This document shows, piece after piece, positions 39,251 to 51,317 of a DNA stretch of 64,000 bases (within the stretch, counting starts at the first letter, position 1; each line of letters opens with the position of its first letter). A program made the translations under genes and the position numbers. The notes beneath the pieces are model-generated. The model had not been told where the DNA came from. It did no database searches and worked only from the letters and a program-made list of their open reading frames with translations. The DNA is from Raillietiella orientalis (Eukaryota), in contig JAYWIR010000001.1 in the NCBI GenBank assembly GCA_036172245.1, positions 2,108,001 through 2,172,000 of the forward strand. Reading direction: 5' to 3'.

Positions 39251-40899
39251 ATGAATTTTCTCCTCATGCTGCTGCTGAAGATGTTGCGGTCGACCGCTAC
39301 ATTAAAAAATTTCCGTCGAAATTATGTTCTCATCGAAATTTGTCTTCCTTTTCATCATAGGCTCTCGATATTCCTTCTGCTCTGTGCGAATTTTTCAGAA
39401 AAAGTCCCCGTCATGAGTTCTTCTAGATACTCACCTTCCGTTGGTTCGATAGTTCTCCTATGAGCATGATGAAAACTGAAACTGCAATTTGCAGCACACG
39501 GTAACAGATAGTTGAAAGGTTCCATAGAGGATTGGTAGGAGAAAAAAAAAAAAGATGCCAGAATTCCAGCATGCATGAAAAGCGAGTTCTTCTTTGAAAA
39601 CCGCCACTCGGAATCGCAAGAACACTTCAACAAGCGGATCACTGCGCGTGCTGACATTTGGAATGGCAACGAGGAAAGCTCTCGGTAAAAAGTTTGGCAA
39701 TGGAGCTTCAAAAATCACGAGAACTTGAAGCGAATGAAAATCCGAAAAAAAAAAAAAAAATGCTCAGAAAAGCGCCCGCATAAGTTAAAGCCAGAATTCG
39801 ACAGGGATGAAGTCACGTCAGCTTCCCGCGAAGAGTCTGTATCCACCTTTGAGCCTGGAAGCTGCCTGACACGGATACAAATGGCATTCGAACCTCGCGG
39901 AAACGCTTCTTTGCGACTTGCACACGGATCGGAACACAGGAACACGAAGAATCATGAAGAACACCTTTCCGGAGGTGCAGGGGGCAGGGCGCGGCGCGGC
40001 ATGTGCATCCTCGCTCGAGGTGCTTCGGGAAAACCAACCAGCGGGGGATCGTTGGAAAGGCATTTTTTCCGGGATTCGAACGCAGCACCGGGAAGCATTC
40101 CGTTTGGAAGACGACCCTCAAAACGTGCACTTTCAGGGAAAGCACCCGGGTGAGCGTCGGGAAGGAGCAGGCAATGCTGCCGCAAACGTGGGTTCAGTGA
40201 GTCCTCAAATCACCGGAAAGTTACCAGAAAAGTCTTATGCAGAAGGATGAGAAAATGTAAGTATCGGTTTGTCTTGTTCGCTGTTCGGTGGGGCCGATTA
40301 AAGCCTACGAGGATCAGCCTATTGCCGGGGCTTTCCTTCATACACTGTGGGTCGTCTGCACCCAGCACCAACCTTACCGCTATTCCTTCCAGAAGGAACG
40401 ATCGATGACTACTTTGCAGTGCATTTCGCAAAACCTTAAACGGTAATCCCTTCGCTATGTTTGCTAGGATGAGGCATAACCTTTTTCTGACTCTGTAGGT
40501 TCCTCCCGAATTCTCCTTCCTTTTTTTTTTTTTTTCAAAAACAAACAAAAAAAGAGCCCCCTCTCCCACAAAAGGGGTAAGATGAGTTGACTGCAAAAGA
40601 TACATCCTGTGAATGCAGGTAAGGCATTCATTCTCTATATGTACAGCTCACACACTCACTTAGGGGCCTCTATTACAACGGAAAAGCTTTACACGGGTGA
40701 ACATGCACGGGAAACACACGGGAGATGCTTTGCACATTACCCTTCTCGAAAGGCTGCACCGTGCAACGCCCCCACGAGAGTGCACACCCACGTGGTGTGC
40801 GAACCTTCACGCATCCGAGTTGAAACACCCACGAGGCAACGGAAAGCTCAAAATTCAGGGCTCGAGTTTGAAACGTTCTGTGTGTAGTAATGTTAAGGC

Positions 40900-41260
40900 A
40901 CCTAGTAGCGAAGCCTGTTGATGCACGAGTAATGATAAACCTATTTTTAGCCCGATTCGGTATGAATTATAAAGTTGATGAGTTATTACGAATCAAAATA
41001 GAAGAAAATTTAGAAGGGAAGAACGCTCACAAATAAGTCAGATGGCAGAACTGATAAAGAGACAAGAAAGGTTAGTAGAGTTGAAATATAAAGTGAGAAG
41101 ATTGAAATCAAAACTGGCAAGCGGCAAGAGCAAATATCCAGATGAAGTTATGGATTTTCGGCATAGAAGAACGGGAAAGAGAAATGAGGGAGGTTGAGGG
41201 CAAAAGCGGCCGAGTCATTAGAGAAAGAGAGGGATTATTGCCAATATTTTGGTGTTAAAC
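40900..41260 (+). pseudogene. Wolbachia-like small hypothetical gene remnant (likely the ORF preceding the XRE regulators in prophage WO modules)
   Basis: Frameshifted intronless reading NDKPIFSPIRYEL..VDELLRIKIEE..LIKRQERLVELKYKVRRLKSKLASGKSKYPDEVMDF..DYCQYFGV; AT- and purine-rich; directly upstream of the XRE pseudogene. Family assignment is from memory. Confidence 0.55.
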
Positions 41261-41395
41261 AGCAATTCTTGCAGAGGACTTTGGTTATGGCAGTACGGGA
41301 TAGCTGTGGGCTAGATTTTTTGTAAGAACTTTAATAGCGTCTTAGATATATGTTTGCTGAATATTTAAGATCTTAGGTAATCTTAGGTGAAATTC

Positions 41396-41900
41396 GTGTG
41401 GAGAAGAGTGACTGCTAGCAACGACAGCTATACCTATTCTTTAAACTACAAAGTAGCACAAAAAGTAAGTTGTAGGTTAGCGAGGGGATACACTTAAAAA
41501 GATTTAGCTGAAGAAAATTGAGGTAAAATACTGAATGATACTTCAATAGTAGAAGGGAAACAGCAGAATACCTATCCAACGGTTATACGCCATAGCAGAG
41601 GCATTATTATTTAGTATTCAGAATCTCATTCCTGTATCAAATGAAAAGAGCTGTCTCAAAGACGAGGGATAAGAAATATTAAATCAAGTGAGAGAATTTG
41701 AAAATATTAATGATCAGGAATTACGCATGATATTTTATTCATTGATCGAATCTGCACAACATAGTGAGAAAAGTAGTAGAGAGGCAGAAAGAGTGGAAAT
41801 AGCAAAGAATCTGGTCAAAGCAGGAATTTCTCTTGAAATCGTCTCACAAATGATCGATTTATCTGGTGATGAGTTTATAAAGGGAAAAACTGGTTCCACA
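41396..41900 (+). pseudogene. Wolbachia/prophage-WO XRE HTH regulator of the wmk/WD0622 family; pseudogenised, truncated before the second HTH
   Basis: SLNYKVAQKV.CRLARGYT*KDLA...KG.SRIPIQRLYAIAEAL..SI.NLIPVSNEKSCL..EILN.VREFENINDQELR.IFYSL...EIAKNLVKAGISLEIVSQ.I.LS.DEFI..KTGS; at least five stops plus frameshifts. Confidence 0.9.
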
Positions 41901-42149
41901 GCAATCCCTTTAGAAATGGCTGCATCCTCACTGAAAACCTTCCTGCGTCTCTCATTTTCCAAGGCCAAGGAGCCCTCCTGGGCACTCCTGGTCCACGGTG
42001 GGCTCCGCCCCGTCGAAGCTGACTCACGCGCAGCCTTTCCATTCCCGGTTGCGCTGGTTGATGACTTTTTCCACCTTGAAACAGCGTCCCTGCACGGCAT
42101 GATGTTCGTACCCTCAAACTCGTGGTCCACGTGCACCACGAAATGCACC

Positions 42150-42550
42150 CCAGAATACTGTGTGGTGCACGGGTGCACCATCTCGAATGACCAACAAGGA
42201 ATCCCGGGACGCCATCTCCTCCGTCCTGAACTTCCTGAGAACGGCAGCCAGATGGCCCTATCTGGGACGTATCTGCATGGAACTTGCCGGCATACTGGAA
42301 AGGATGTAGAGGACGGCATGCAGTGGAACGTGATCCCTTCCCCAACCCCCCCTGCTTTTGTAAAAGGCGTTTTCTTTATTTTATTTCCCCACCCCCCTAC
42401 CCCCCAACTGCCGAGTCGAACCTCGCCGGCCTGCCGTGCCGCTGACTCGGCAAGTTCTGAACTCGTTCGGACTCTGTAGGACCTACGGCCCCACACATGT
42501 TTGTTTGTTGTTGAAATAAACGCCCCGGCGCACACGGGTGTCAAAACAAG
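42150..42550 (+). mobile_element. GC-rich L1/Tx1-like 3' end
   Basis: DAISSVLNFLRTAARWPYLGRICMELAGILERM*, family 3' UTR, aataaacgccccggcgcacacgggtg. Confidence 0.8.
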
Positions 42551-45114
42551 GAATCCCGTGCATCCATCTTGCAAAAAAAAAAACGCTCCATGTTTGCTAG
42601 GAAGAGATGAGGAGACTGACTGAATACGCAAGAAATCCACATTCCTGTCGCATTTCCAACTTGTTCCTTTTGGGAGCATTCCATCCTGGAATTTTAATTT
42701 CTGAAACCAGAACTGAGGAACCAGCATTCATCCGCGTTCTCCGAACAGCCAAAAGGATGCATGGCCGAAAAACTTCTGGTGCTGTTCACGTGTGTTTTCG
42801 ACACTTTTGGAAATTGACGGGAATGGGAACCGGAAGCGAGAGAAGGAACCATCTCGACTCCCATTCGGTGTCGCAACCAACCTATTTCCCATCGGCGTTG
42901 CTCACTGCACACCAACTGAACTCGTGCAACATCAGCAAACCACGCGAGCGGAACGAACACGTGTGGTCAGGGGGGAAATCACGCGCCAGGAATTCTAATG
43001 CCACCGTTCGCCCAGAGTCGAAGCACCTGAAGTCGTTCCCAAACACGCGGCGAACACGATGACACGTCAACTCTTCCACGGGGAACGTCCCTGGAATATC
43101 CTTTCCGCCACAATCCGGATCAAAAAAAAAAACATGGAAACGCGAGACCGACTCATGCGTGGATACGTGCATCGTGGGGGTCGCATTGGAAGGTTCCCCG
43201 TAGTTCCGGGGCGTCATACAAGTTTGCGGTTTGCACGCCAAGGAACCGCGGACAACCACTAAGCATTTTCGCCTTCCCTCCGTCGCCTTTTCCGCTCAGA
43301 AAATTTCTTGAACTTTTGTAACTTTCTTGAACTTTCGCTTCACAGTATACGCCGTGATCTTTCATTATAACCGGAAGAGAGAGGGGATCCATCGAGCATC
43401 ACGAGCAGTAAGCAGCATAACTGAAAGTTCGGAACATTGGAATTTCCAGCAACATGGTTTGCGACTTCAGATGGTCTCCCCTTTTCCATGCCGAATCGAT
43501 GAAGTCGTGTGGGAAACATCCCGACAGAACACGCGAAACCAGACAAACCGCCCAGCGCTCGGTAACGCGTCGGTCGCAAAGTACGAAAGTTCCCAGTCAA
43601 CGTGCTGCAGCAATCGGGAACGAACGGAACAAATTGTCAAGCATCTTTGGCCGATCGTCTTCTCCTCGGATCCAAAAGGCGCGCCAGTAGATCAGCAACA
43701 GCAACCGGGAGAAAGCAGAAGCATCTCTTGCATTTTCTCACGGATTCGCATTCGCCGCTCCCTCGGAAGCACGCAGGTGCTCCAAAACACGTTGGGTAAC
43801 ATTTCACCGTGCAGGCCAAGATCAGAAACTTGGCAAGAGGCAGACCGTTGACAACGTTCTTCGAAAGACGTCTTTGCGATGCCTATCCAACGATGCGTGC
43901 CTATCCGAAGAGCCTTCGTTCCGTTACCATAGAACGAGGAATCCAAGAAACAAACTGAAACATTATTTGTCAGATCATAATCACTTTCTGCAACGCCGAT
44001 GCAATGAATTTGGATTAAGATTTTGACGAAAACAGTCACGCGTCCATTAACCGTAAGAGCAGCTTCGCCATTTGCTGCAAACTCTCGGCCACGGTATTTC
44101 AAATTTTTGAAATATTCCATTCCATCGCACTTTTTCTCCAAACGAGAAACCATTTTGACGCTGACTTATTTATTCGCAAGTAAAAACACGTGAAAAGCTT
44201 CGGCTGACTTCTGTCCCGTGTACGGAAGAAGGAAGGAAGGAATGCATACCTGCTGGCAGGGAGTGCAGCTGGCGGCTGCTAAGCCGACCGAAGAGAGCGT
44301 TTCGATGTCCACACATGCAAAAGACTTCGTTCGAGGACTATTTTATCGATGGACAGCGTATGGAAAGTTCCATAATTTACTCATTGTCGCTACGGAGAAA
44401 TAATAGGTGAGTCACCGCACCCGTCCGAATTATGATTTTGGATGAAAAGTTCCAAGAGGGATGCATCAGGAGAAAAATTCGCTGCTCCTGCTTCCCGAAG
44501 CTTCCACTACGACCGATTAGACACGCTGCGGGTCGAGACATCCGCAGCAACCAAAACTGCTCGGAGTCAGCACTCTTGATTTCGACTCCAACACCCGTTC
44601 GTGCTTTCTCATCTTTCCATGCATTGCAGATACCACAACGAACAGAACAACAACAATGTAAGAGAGTTGGAAACTAAGTTCATCCTAATGACAAAAAAGG
44701 CCCTTTCCCTAGGTCGCAACGAGTAACCAACGATGTTCGCATCCATCCTGCTCTACGCATCTTCGTAGTTCCATCACTTTCAACCGAAGCAGAATTCCAC
44801 TTCCACGCACGCGAACGCTAAGGTAATCTACGAATTGGAACATCTGGTTGGATGCGCTTTCTCAATACGCAACAGCAGCGAGGCATATTAAGCCTCTTCT
44901 TAATTTGAGCGGGACCAGTTCGAAATCCGAGTTCGTTGGGAAGTCGGCAACCCTGCTTCGTTCCAGGGAGCCTGCAGAGCAAGTGCATTGTGCCTGGTGT
45001 CGCGTGAAATCGTCCGTTCCATAAAATAAGTGTGGAAAGCATCCCCAGCACGTTGCTCGGTCCAGCTCTGCAGTTTCTTCAATATAACACACGCGTGTCT
45101 GCAGAAAATGAACG

Positions 45115-46626
45115 ATGGCTGCGCCTGTGACGAGCCTAGCATCGCTCTCGGCAATGTACACAGACTCCGAAAACGATGACGATAATTCCGAAGAGGATGT
45201 CGATATTCTGCAGAAATTGAAGTCCAACTTGAATGCATTTGGAACTGAAACGCCAGTGCAAACGACGCCGGAGCCCGTAGCAGGTACCTCATTTCCTCCA
45301 AGTTCGGTTCGTTGCGAATCCGGGGCTCGTTGTGTGCCGCTTAGAATATTAGAACGCAGGCATCGGAGACAAACAGATTGTCAGGATGGTTTCCAAAGAG
45401 CATGTCGCTGTGGGAAGGGGGGAACTGCGGAGGCGTATTTTTTTTGAGTGGGGAAAATCCGTGGTAGACCTTGACAGTACATGCCCGAGAGTCAGTAGGT
45501 TCAGTGTTTTGAAGTGTCTGTTCAGGAAAGTTGCGTTTTGCGAGATGCTCAGTGTGACTGCCTGCATGGCAACGATTGGTCACCATCGGTTACCATTCGT
45601 TCATGTTTTCACTGCTGCGAAACCGTGGACTAAACAACTGTATGCTTGGAGGGCAAGAAAGAAAGAATGCTGTTGTGTCTTGTTCAGAAACAGTGAGTTG
45701 GTAAGCGTTTTTCATTCCGGAAGGATGGTCTTGAAATTCGAATCAAGCAGCTCGTGCTGGTTGTGTAGTGGCGAATGGATGAGCAAGTCAAAATGACTGT
45801 GATTCCTTGCAGATACTGCAAGCAAACCTGCAGTGTTGGTTCCATACAATGCCAATGAAACGATTCCTGAAATCGCCATTGAGAATATAGATGTCACTAC
45901 CGAAATTTCGGCACCGTACAGAAGCGACTCCGACTGGGAGAACAACGGCAACGATGCTGGAAGTGGCTCAGAAAGTGAAGACACTATAGGTGACTTCCTG
46001 AATGAAACAGATGGGCTTTCCCTGCCTCCCGAACCCAAGGGTCATTGTTCCAAACTGTTGCAAGTAAAATTCATCGGATTGTTTAATTCTGTTCCCGATG
46101 TTGGCGTTTCCAGGAAAAGATTTCCAAACTGTTTGAGAAACGCATACGTGAGAACATGGACATGAACAAGATAATTCAAAACAAAAAGGCCTTCCGCAAC
46201 CCCAGCATTTATGAAAAGCTCATTCAGTTTTGCAATATTGATGAATTGGGCACAAACTTTTCTCCTGTAAGTCACTGTTGGGAAAAGTTTAGCATGTTTG
46301 CTGCCTTGACATACAGGAAGTGTCAGATCCTCATCGATGGGGACCAGAGTCATTCTACGATCATTTAGCAAAGGTGCAAAAGGGTGAAATGGATAAGAGG
46401 GAAAAAGAGAAAAAGGATCGAACAAAGGTAACGTGTATAGGTTTCAGTTCGTGATTCATGTTGACTAACGATTAAGGTGGAATTTGTCTCTGGAACGGTG
46501 AAGAAAACTGTCGTTGAGGATGTATCCAAACGAAAATCAAAATGGGATCAAGCAGTTAGCACAAATGCAAAGTGCACATCTGCTATCCAACTTCCAGCAG
46601 GAACTTTATCCAAGAAGGTCAAATGA
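45115..46626 (+). CDS. SAP30BP: SAP30-binding protein (HCNGP domain), 5 exons
   Basis: SLASLSAMYTDSE N-terminus; LPPEPKGHCS..LQEKI..DMNKIIQNKKAFRNPSIYEKLIQFCNIDELGTNF; EKEKKDRTKVEFVSGT; KRKSKWD; stop 46624-46626. Confidence 0.93.
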
Positions 46627-46900
46627 AATCATGTTTTCATTGTGATATTCTGGATCACTGTTCTAATGCGAGCTCCTGCGTGGAGCAAATTGCAGCTGAG
46701 CGCGACAGTTTATTGAGGGGAAAAAAGGTTCCTGCGAGGCAGCGTGAAGTTTCTACTGATAGCAAATGTTCAAAGCAAAAAGAAACATTTCATTAACAAT
46801 AAATAGAAGGATGTTATTGAATTAAGAAATGCTAATTTGTTGATATGTTTTTAGTTTAGAATGTAACTTATTACACAGAGTGGTTCTTGTCCAAACAGTC

Positions 46901-48381
46901 ATGTATAAAATAGGTTTACCTCATAAAGTAACTTTGTTTCACATAAAAGGAATCTGGGTACAATTCGTATCGTCTTGGAATCAACAAATGAATAAGAGAC
47001 TGGAGAGTTTCATAGACTCCTTACAACAGCTCTCATCTTCCAACCAGTTGCATCCAGAACTAGTTAGCCATGTGACGGCTGTGCAGAGTGCCAAGTGCAA
47101 CCTAGCAGAGCTGGATTCCATGCAAGCAGGTAGACTGCCCATGCAGAGCATGTCTGGTTACCATGCTCACCATTCCATCAACTTTTTAATGTAGAATAGC
47201 AATTCAAAAGGTCGACTTTTGTTCCAAAGGGGCCCTTGCTTTGCAGGGTGCAACGAAGGGGTGATTTTTTTTAACATGCAATATTGTATTTGCAGAGTTT
47301 GGGAAAGATGTTGAGTTGCAAAATTGCATTGAAGCAGAAAAATCCGCGTACAAAGAAAAACTGGCAGCTCTACAGCTGCAAGTAAGATTGCATGAAATAA
47401 ACCACACGGATGTTTTCTTAGATTTTGCAAGTGCTTGTTCCTTCCACGCGCATGAATTCTGCAGATACTCTTTTGGAAGTAAAAGCTGGCATAGGAGGAC
47501 AGGAGGCCATGTTGTTTGCACATGAACTTTATACCATGTACCGTAATTTTGGTTCTCTCAAGGAGTGGAACTGTGAAGTACTCTCCCTGTCCGAATCAGA
47601 ACTCAGTATGGCGTATTTAAATTTGCCAAATGTAATTTGTATCAGGAGGTATCCGACAGGCATCCCTTTTATTTTCTGGCGCGGATACTTATCAACTGCT
47701 ACAGTGTGAAGCTGGTATTCATAGAGTGCAAAGAGTTCCAGTAACAGAATCAGCTGGTCGTGTGCACACAAGTACAGCAGCTGTGGCAGTGTACCCTTGT
47801 CCAGATAAAGTAATGCTTGGAAACGTGATTTTACGCATAACAGGCAGAACGCTCAGATCCACATAGTCATCAATCCCAAGGACCTCAAGATAGAAACCAA
47901 GCATTCCAGTGGAGCTGGTGGGCAGCATGTGAATAAAACTGAAAGCTGTGTACGAATAACTCATCTTCCCACAGGTAAGATTCGGATCTCGAGTCTCTTT
48001 GAAGTGCATTGCTTTCCAGGCATCACAAGTGAGTGCCAGACTCAGCGTTCTCAGATCTTCAATCGAGAACAAGCTTTAAAAAGCCTACATGCCAAACTGT
48101 TTAACTTGAAACTGGATGAGCAGAAGAAATTCGTGCAGGCAACACGGAGCACTCAGATAGGAATTGTGGATCGGTCTGCCAAGATTCGCACTTACAATTT
48201 TGTGCAGAACAAAGTCACGGATCACAGAATCAAGGTGTCTTTGCATGGAGTGGAAGAATTTTTGAAAGGCAACAAAATGCTTCAACAGCAAATGGAAGCT
48301 GTGCTGAACGTTCATCATCTGCAAATTCTGGAAGTGCTCATGAATAACGAGGAACTCTGCTCACTGTTCCGGAAAGCATGA
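46901..48381 (+). CDS. MTRF1L: Mitochondrial peptide chain release factor 1-like, 6 exons
   Basis: [30 protein letters not shown] (PxT motif), [14 protein letters not shown] (GGQ), KIRTYNF.Q.KVTDHRI; spliceosomal introns (e.g. 47381-47421, 47607-47645, 47975-48019) show it is nuclear. Confidence 0.93.
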
Positions 48382-50629
48382 GTGAGCATGGCCTCCAATC
48401 ATTCCACAGATTCAAACTGCCCTTTCCTAAAAACGTGCAAACGACCTCGTACGCCATGCTTCTTGTCACCCAACTCTCGCAACAACCAGTTTATCTTTAT
48501 CTTTGCTTTGAGTTGTCCAAGTGCGTTCAGCCACTTTTGTTTGCGTGTTGGATTCTGAAGAATGCAAACATGTTTTGCAGGAATTATAAAAAAAGGGTAA
48601 AGAATTCTGCATGAATGAATAGGTAACAAGTTGAGAGAGCACCTTGTTTTGTTTGTCCACCAAGTACAGAGCTCTCCATTGTTTTTAAAAATGCCATCTG
48701 TTGAAAGTGTTTCCAGAACAGTAAAGTTTTGAAGTGATCATTTGCTGTGCTATACTAGAGAAACACTTAGCTTGAAAGATAGGACCAACTGAAGCAATTA
48801 TGGTGCCTGGCCCAGAAAGACTTTAAGTGAATACAAGGAAGTGAGGAAATTTTTAGGCAGTTGGAGCAAAAGAAGCTTGGACTTCTCTGTAATCAGCATT
48901 TTTCGTTGATAAATGCTGTGAGCTGAATGCACAGAAAAGTGCATCTGTGACAAACTACCTCAACTTTTGTGAACTATGCGATTTGCTGGATGTAAGTGAA
49001 GTCCACATGAAATTGATTGTATTTATTGTAACGTACCTCAAAAATTGTTTCTTGTCTAAGATGAAGTTGGGAGTATATTGGGATCTGTGTGCTGGAACTG
49101 TCTCTTGCCATAATCCCTATGTCTGTCTAAGTAAGCCATCCTGTTATTATCCATAGGTATCAGCAATGCTGCAGAATTATACACTTTACATTAATTGTAA
49201 TTGTTATTTATGTTAGTTCCTTTGAGAGGGGAAATGATGGTTCCTGCTTGTACATCACAGCATAATTGCAGCATCTACATTTCCAAATCATCAGTCTTTC
49301 TGGTGATTTCATGAGATCATTGAAGTTTTTATGAAAACTTCAATGATGCGCATTAACATATAAGAACTACAAGAACAGCAGATTCTTGCAGATCAGAAAT
49401 TTCATCAACAGACATGCAGGACCTAATTCAAAAGACCATTTTCCTTTGTTACTACTTCATGTGGCCCACTGATTACAATGGAACAATTTTAAATTAAGGA
49501 TTTCCAAGTTTTCAATGCACACATCAGTATTTGATGCAGGTAGAAGCAACTGAGCATACTCACAGTACTAAAGATGCTCAGATTCACTTTTCCCAGAATG
49601 GCAAAGACCTTGTTTTTGCAAAACATCTGTGTTTTTTAAAGTCCCTTGAAGTGGTACATTAGAAGTTGTAGGTACCTACTGATGATCCATTGAACCTGGA
49701 AACATCAGTTTTCAAACAATTCTTTGTACCTCTATTGAACTACCCACTAAACTGTCAAACCTCTTGGAAAAAGAAGAAATTAAGGACAAAAACAAGGTTA
49801 AAAGATAGCATCTAGTAGCAGAGGGAACAGTTCCCCATTGCTACCCAATATCCTATGTAGAGCCGAAATTTTCAGAAAATTAAAAGTAGTAGTGGCAGCA
49901 TCTAATTATTACTGATTATTGCTGATTGGACACAGTTTCAGGCACATCGGACACGTCCATATATAATTTCATTTTCGCAAAACAGGAAGGGTGAGATTTT
50001 AAAGACTTAGGATATAGCTAAGGCAAACCCAGTAGTCTTATTTCTCACTGGAAAATACGTTTGATACGATGAACGATATAACAAAAAGTTGATTGAAATC
50101 AAATCTGCTTTGTATTTCTGTGTTCTTTTACACACAAAACAAACACAAAACTGGTTTTCGCAAGCTTCATTTCACACACAAAATAAACGGACTAAGGTTG
50201 ACAATAAAAAACAAAGCATAACAAAACAGCAAAACAAGCTTAAGTTTTCAAACAATATTTGTTCCTTGTACAACCATTGACAAGTTAAATCACATTCCGC
50301 TTCCAGCAAATTATAATCGCTGAGCAGCAGCTTTCATTTCAAAACTCCAGATTAAGAATTCGAAATTCTACCCGTGTAACACGTTTGGTTTGAGGATTGT
50401 AACCAGTTGGCCCTGTTGTTTGCTGTCCAGTGCTCTCTAAACCTAAAAATCGTCAGCATGCACTACAGGTGGCCGAGAGGCACCAGGACAGCAGTCTCCG
50501 TACACCGAACATACGGTAGACTCGAATGAAGCCCCTCCTGCTCTGTATAGTAGCTAAGAAAATCTCCAGCACTTTAGACCACATCAGTACACACAAGAGG
50601 TATTTTTTCTTTTTTTTTGTTTAAAGCTT

Positions 50630-51310
50630 GGCTTACTGATTATTGGAAAAATGAAGCTTCACAGAACTTGGAGCTATCTCTTCAGATTGCAAAGACTCTT
50701 TATGAAATTCTGTGATTAATTCCATCCCAGGGAAAAACTTTTTGGAAATATCTGGAAGATTCACCGCTATCTTATCATCATCCTGATCAAATCTTGCAAA
50801 AAGGCTAGTTGTGATCAAAAATTAAGATCACTTTCATCCTCCATTTCAAGCCCTTAGAGATGATGACAAGGAATGCAAGGATGCAATACCAATAGTGCTT
50901 TCATCAACTCTTCAAAACTAAAGACATAGCACATTCACTTACGAAATACATCAGTACCATATTTCTGCGATAAGATAGAAGCTTGTTTGAACAATGCAAT
51001 TAGGCCATGCAAGGCCTAATTGCATTAGTCGGTCCTAATTACTCATCTACTTTCACAATATCTTACCATAATGATATCACGCTATAATATCTTCAGGAAA
51101 CAACTTACTTTTAAATCCTGAGTATCCAGTTTTTCAAACTCTCAATTTTATTGTAACTCAAAATGCATTTTTTTCCAATTGTTATTTAGTATTTCGAATC
51201 ATAGCTATATTGAGAGAGTGATCACCTGTTGATACCTTCCATAGCTTCATCATCGCTTAAAATTTTGGAATTCATCTTTTCTATATGATAGTTTTCATTT
51301 TTTTTTAAAA
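50630..51310 (-). mobile_element. Decayed AT-rich L1-clade ORF2, downstream half (APE end to RT start)
   Basis: KMNSKILSDDE (WKLN.SLL.D-like) at ~51270 and KKFFPGMELITEFHK (K.PG.DG..EFYK-like) at ~50730. Confidence 0.55.
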
Positions 51311-51317
51311 AAAAAGG

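Larger units (their letters stand above)
43955..48955 (+). repeat. Left arm of a large inverted segmental duplication
   Basis: Position x pairs with 107955-x throughout, with no indels; the ORF track mirrors exactly. One substitution seen (44915/63040). The arm may extend further left because its partner runs off the window. Confidence 0.98.

Noticed and set aside
42400-42460. HDV-like or hammerhead ribozyme call for the 3' UTR structure
   Set aside because: No P4/J4-2 catalytic strand and no CUGAUGA..GAAA core could be placed; reported only as a conserved structure.
41688-42479. 263-aa ORF as a functional Wolbachia-host fusion protein
   Set aside because: It starts at an internal GTG after several stops, lacks the HTH, and reads through retroelement sequence out of its coding frame; most likely open by chance.
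42700-45050. Minus-strand gene divergent from SAP30BP (e.g. ORF 43692..44153)
   Set aside because: Some splice-like signals, but I could not build a consistent exon chain or recognise a domain.
46901-48381. Release factor as a bacterial prfA transfer
   Set aside because: It has spliceosomal introns and a divergent N-terminal extension, as expected for the nuclear-encoded mitochondrial factor.
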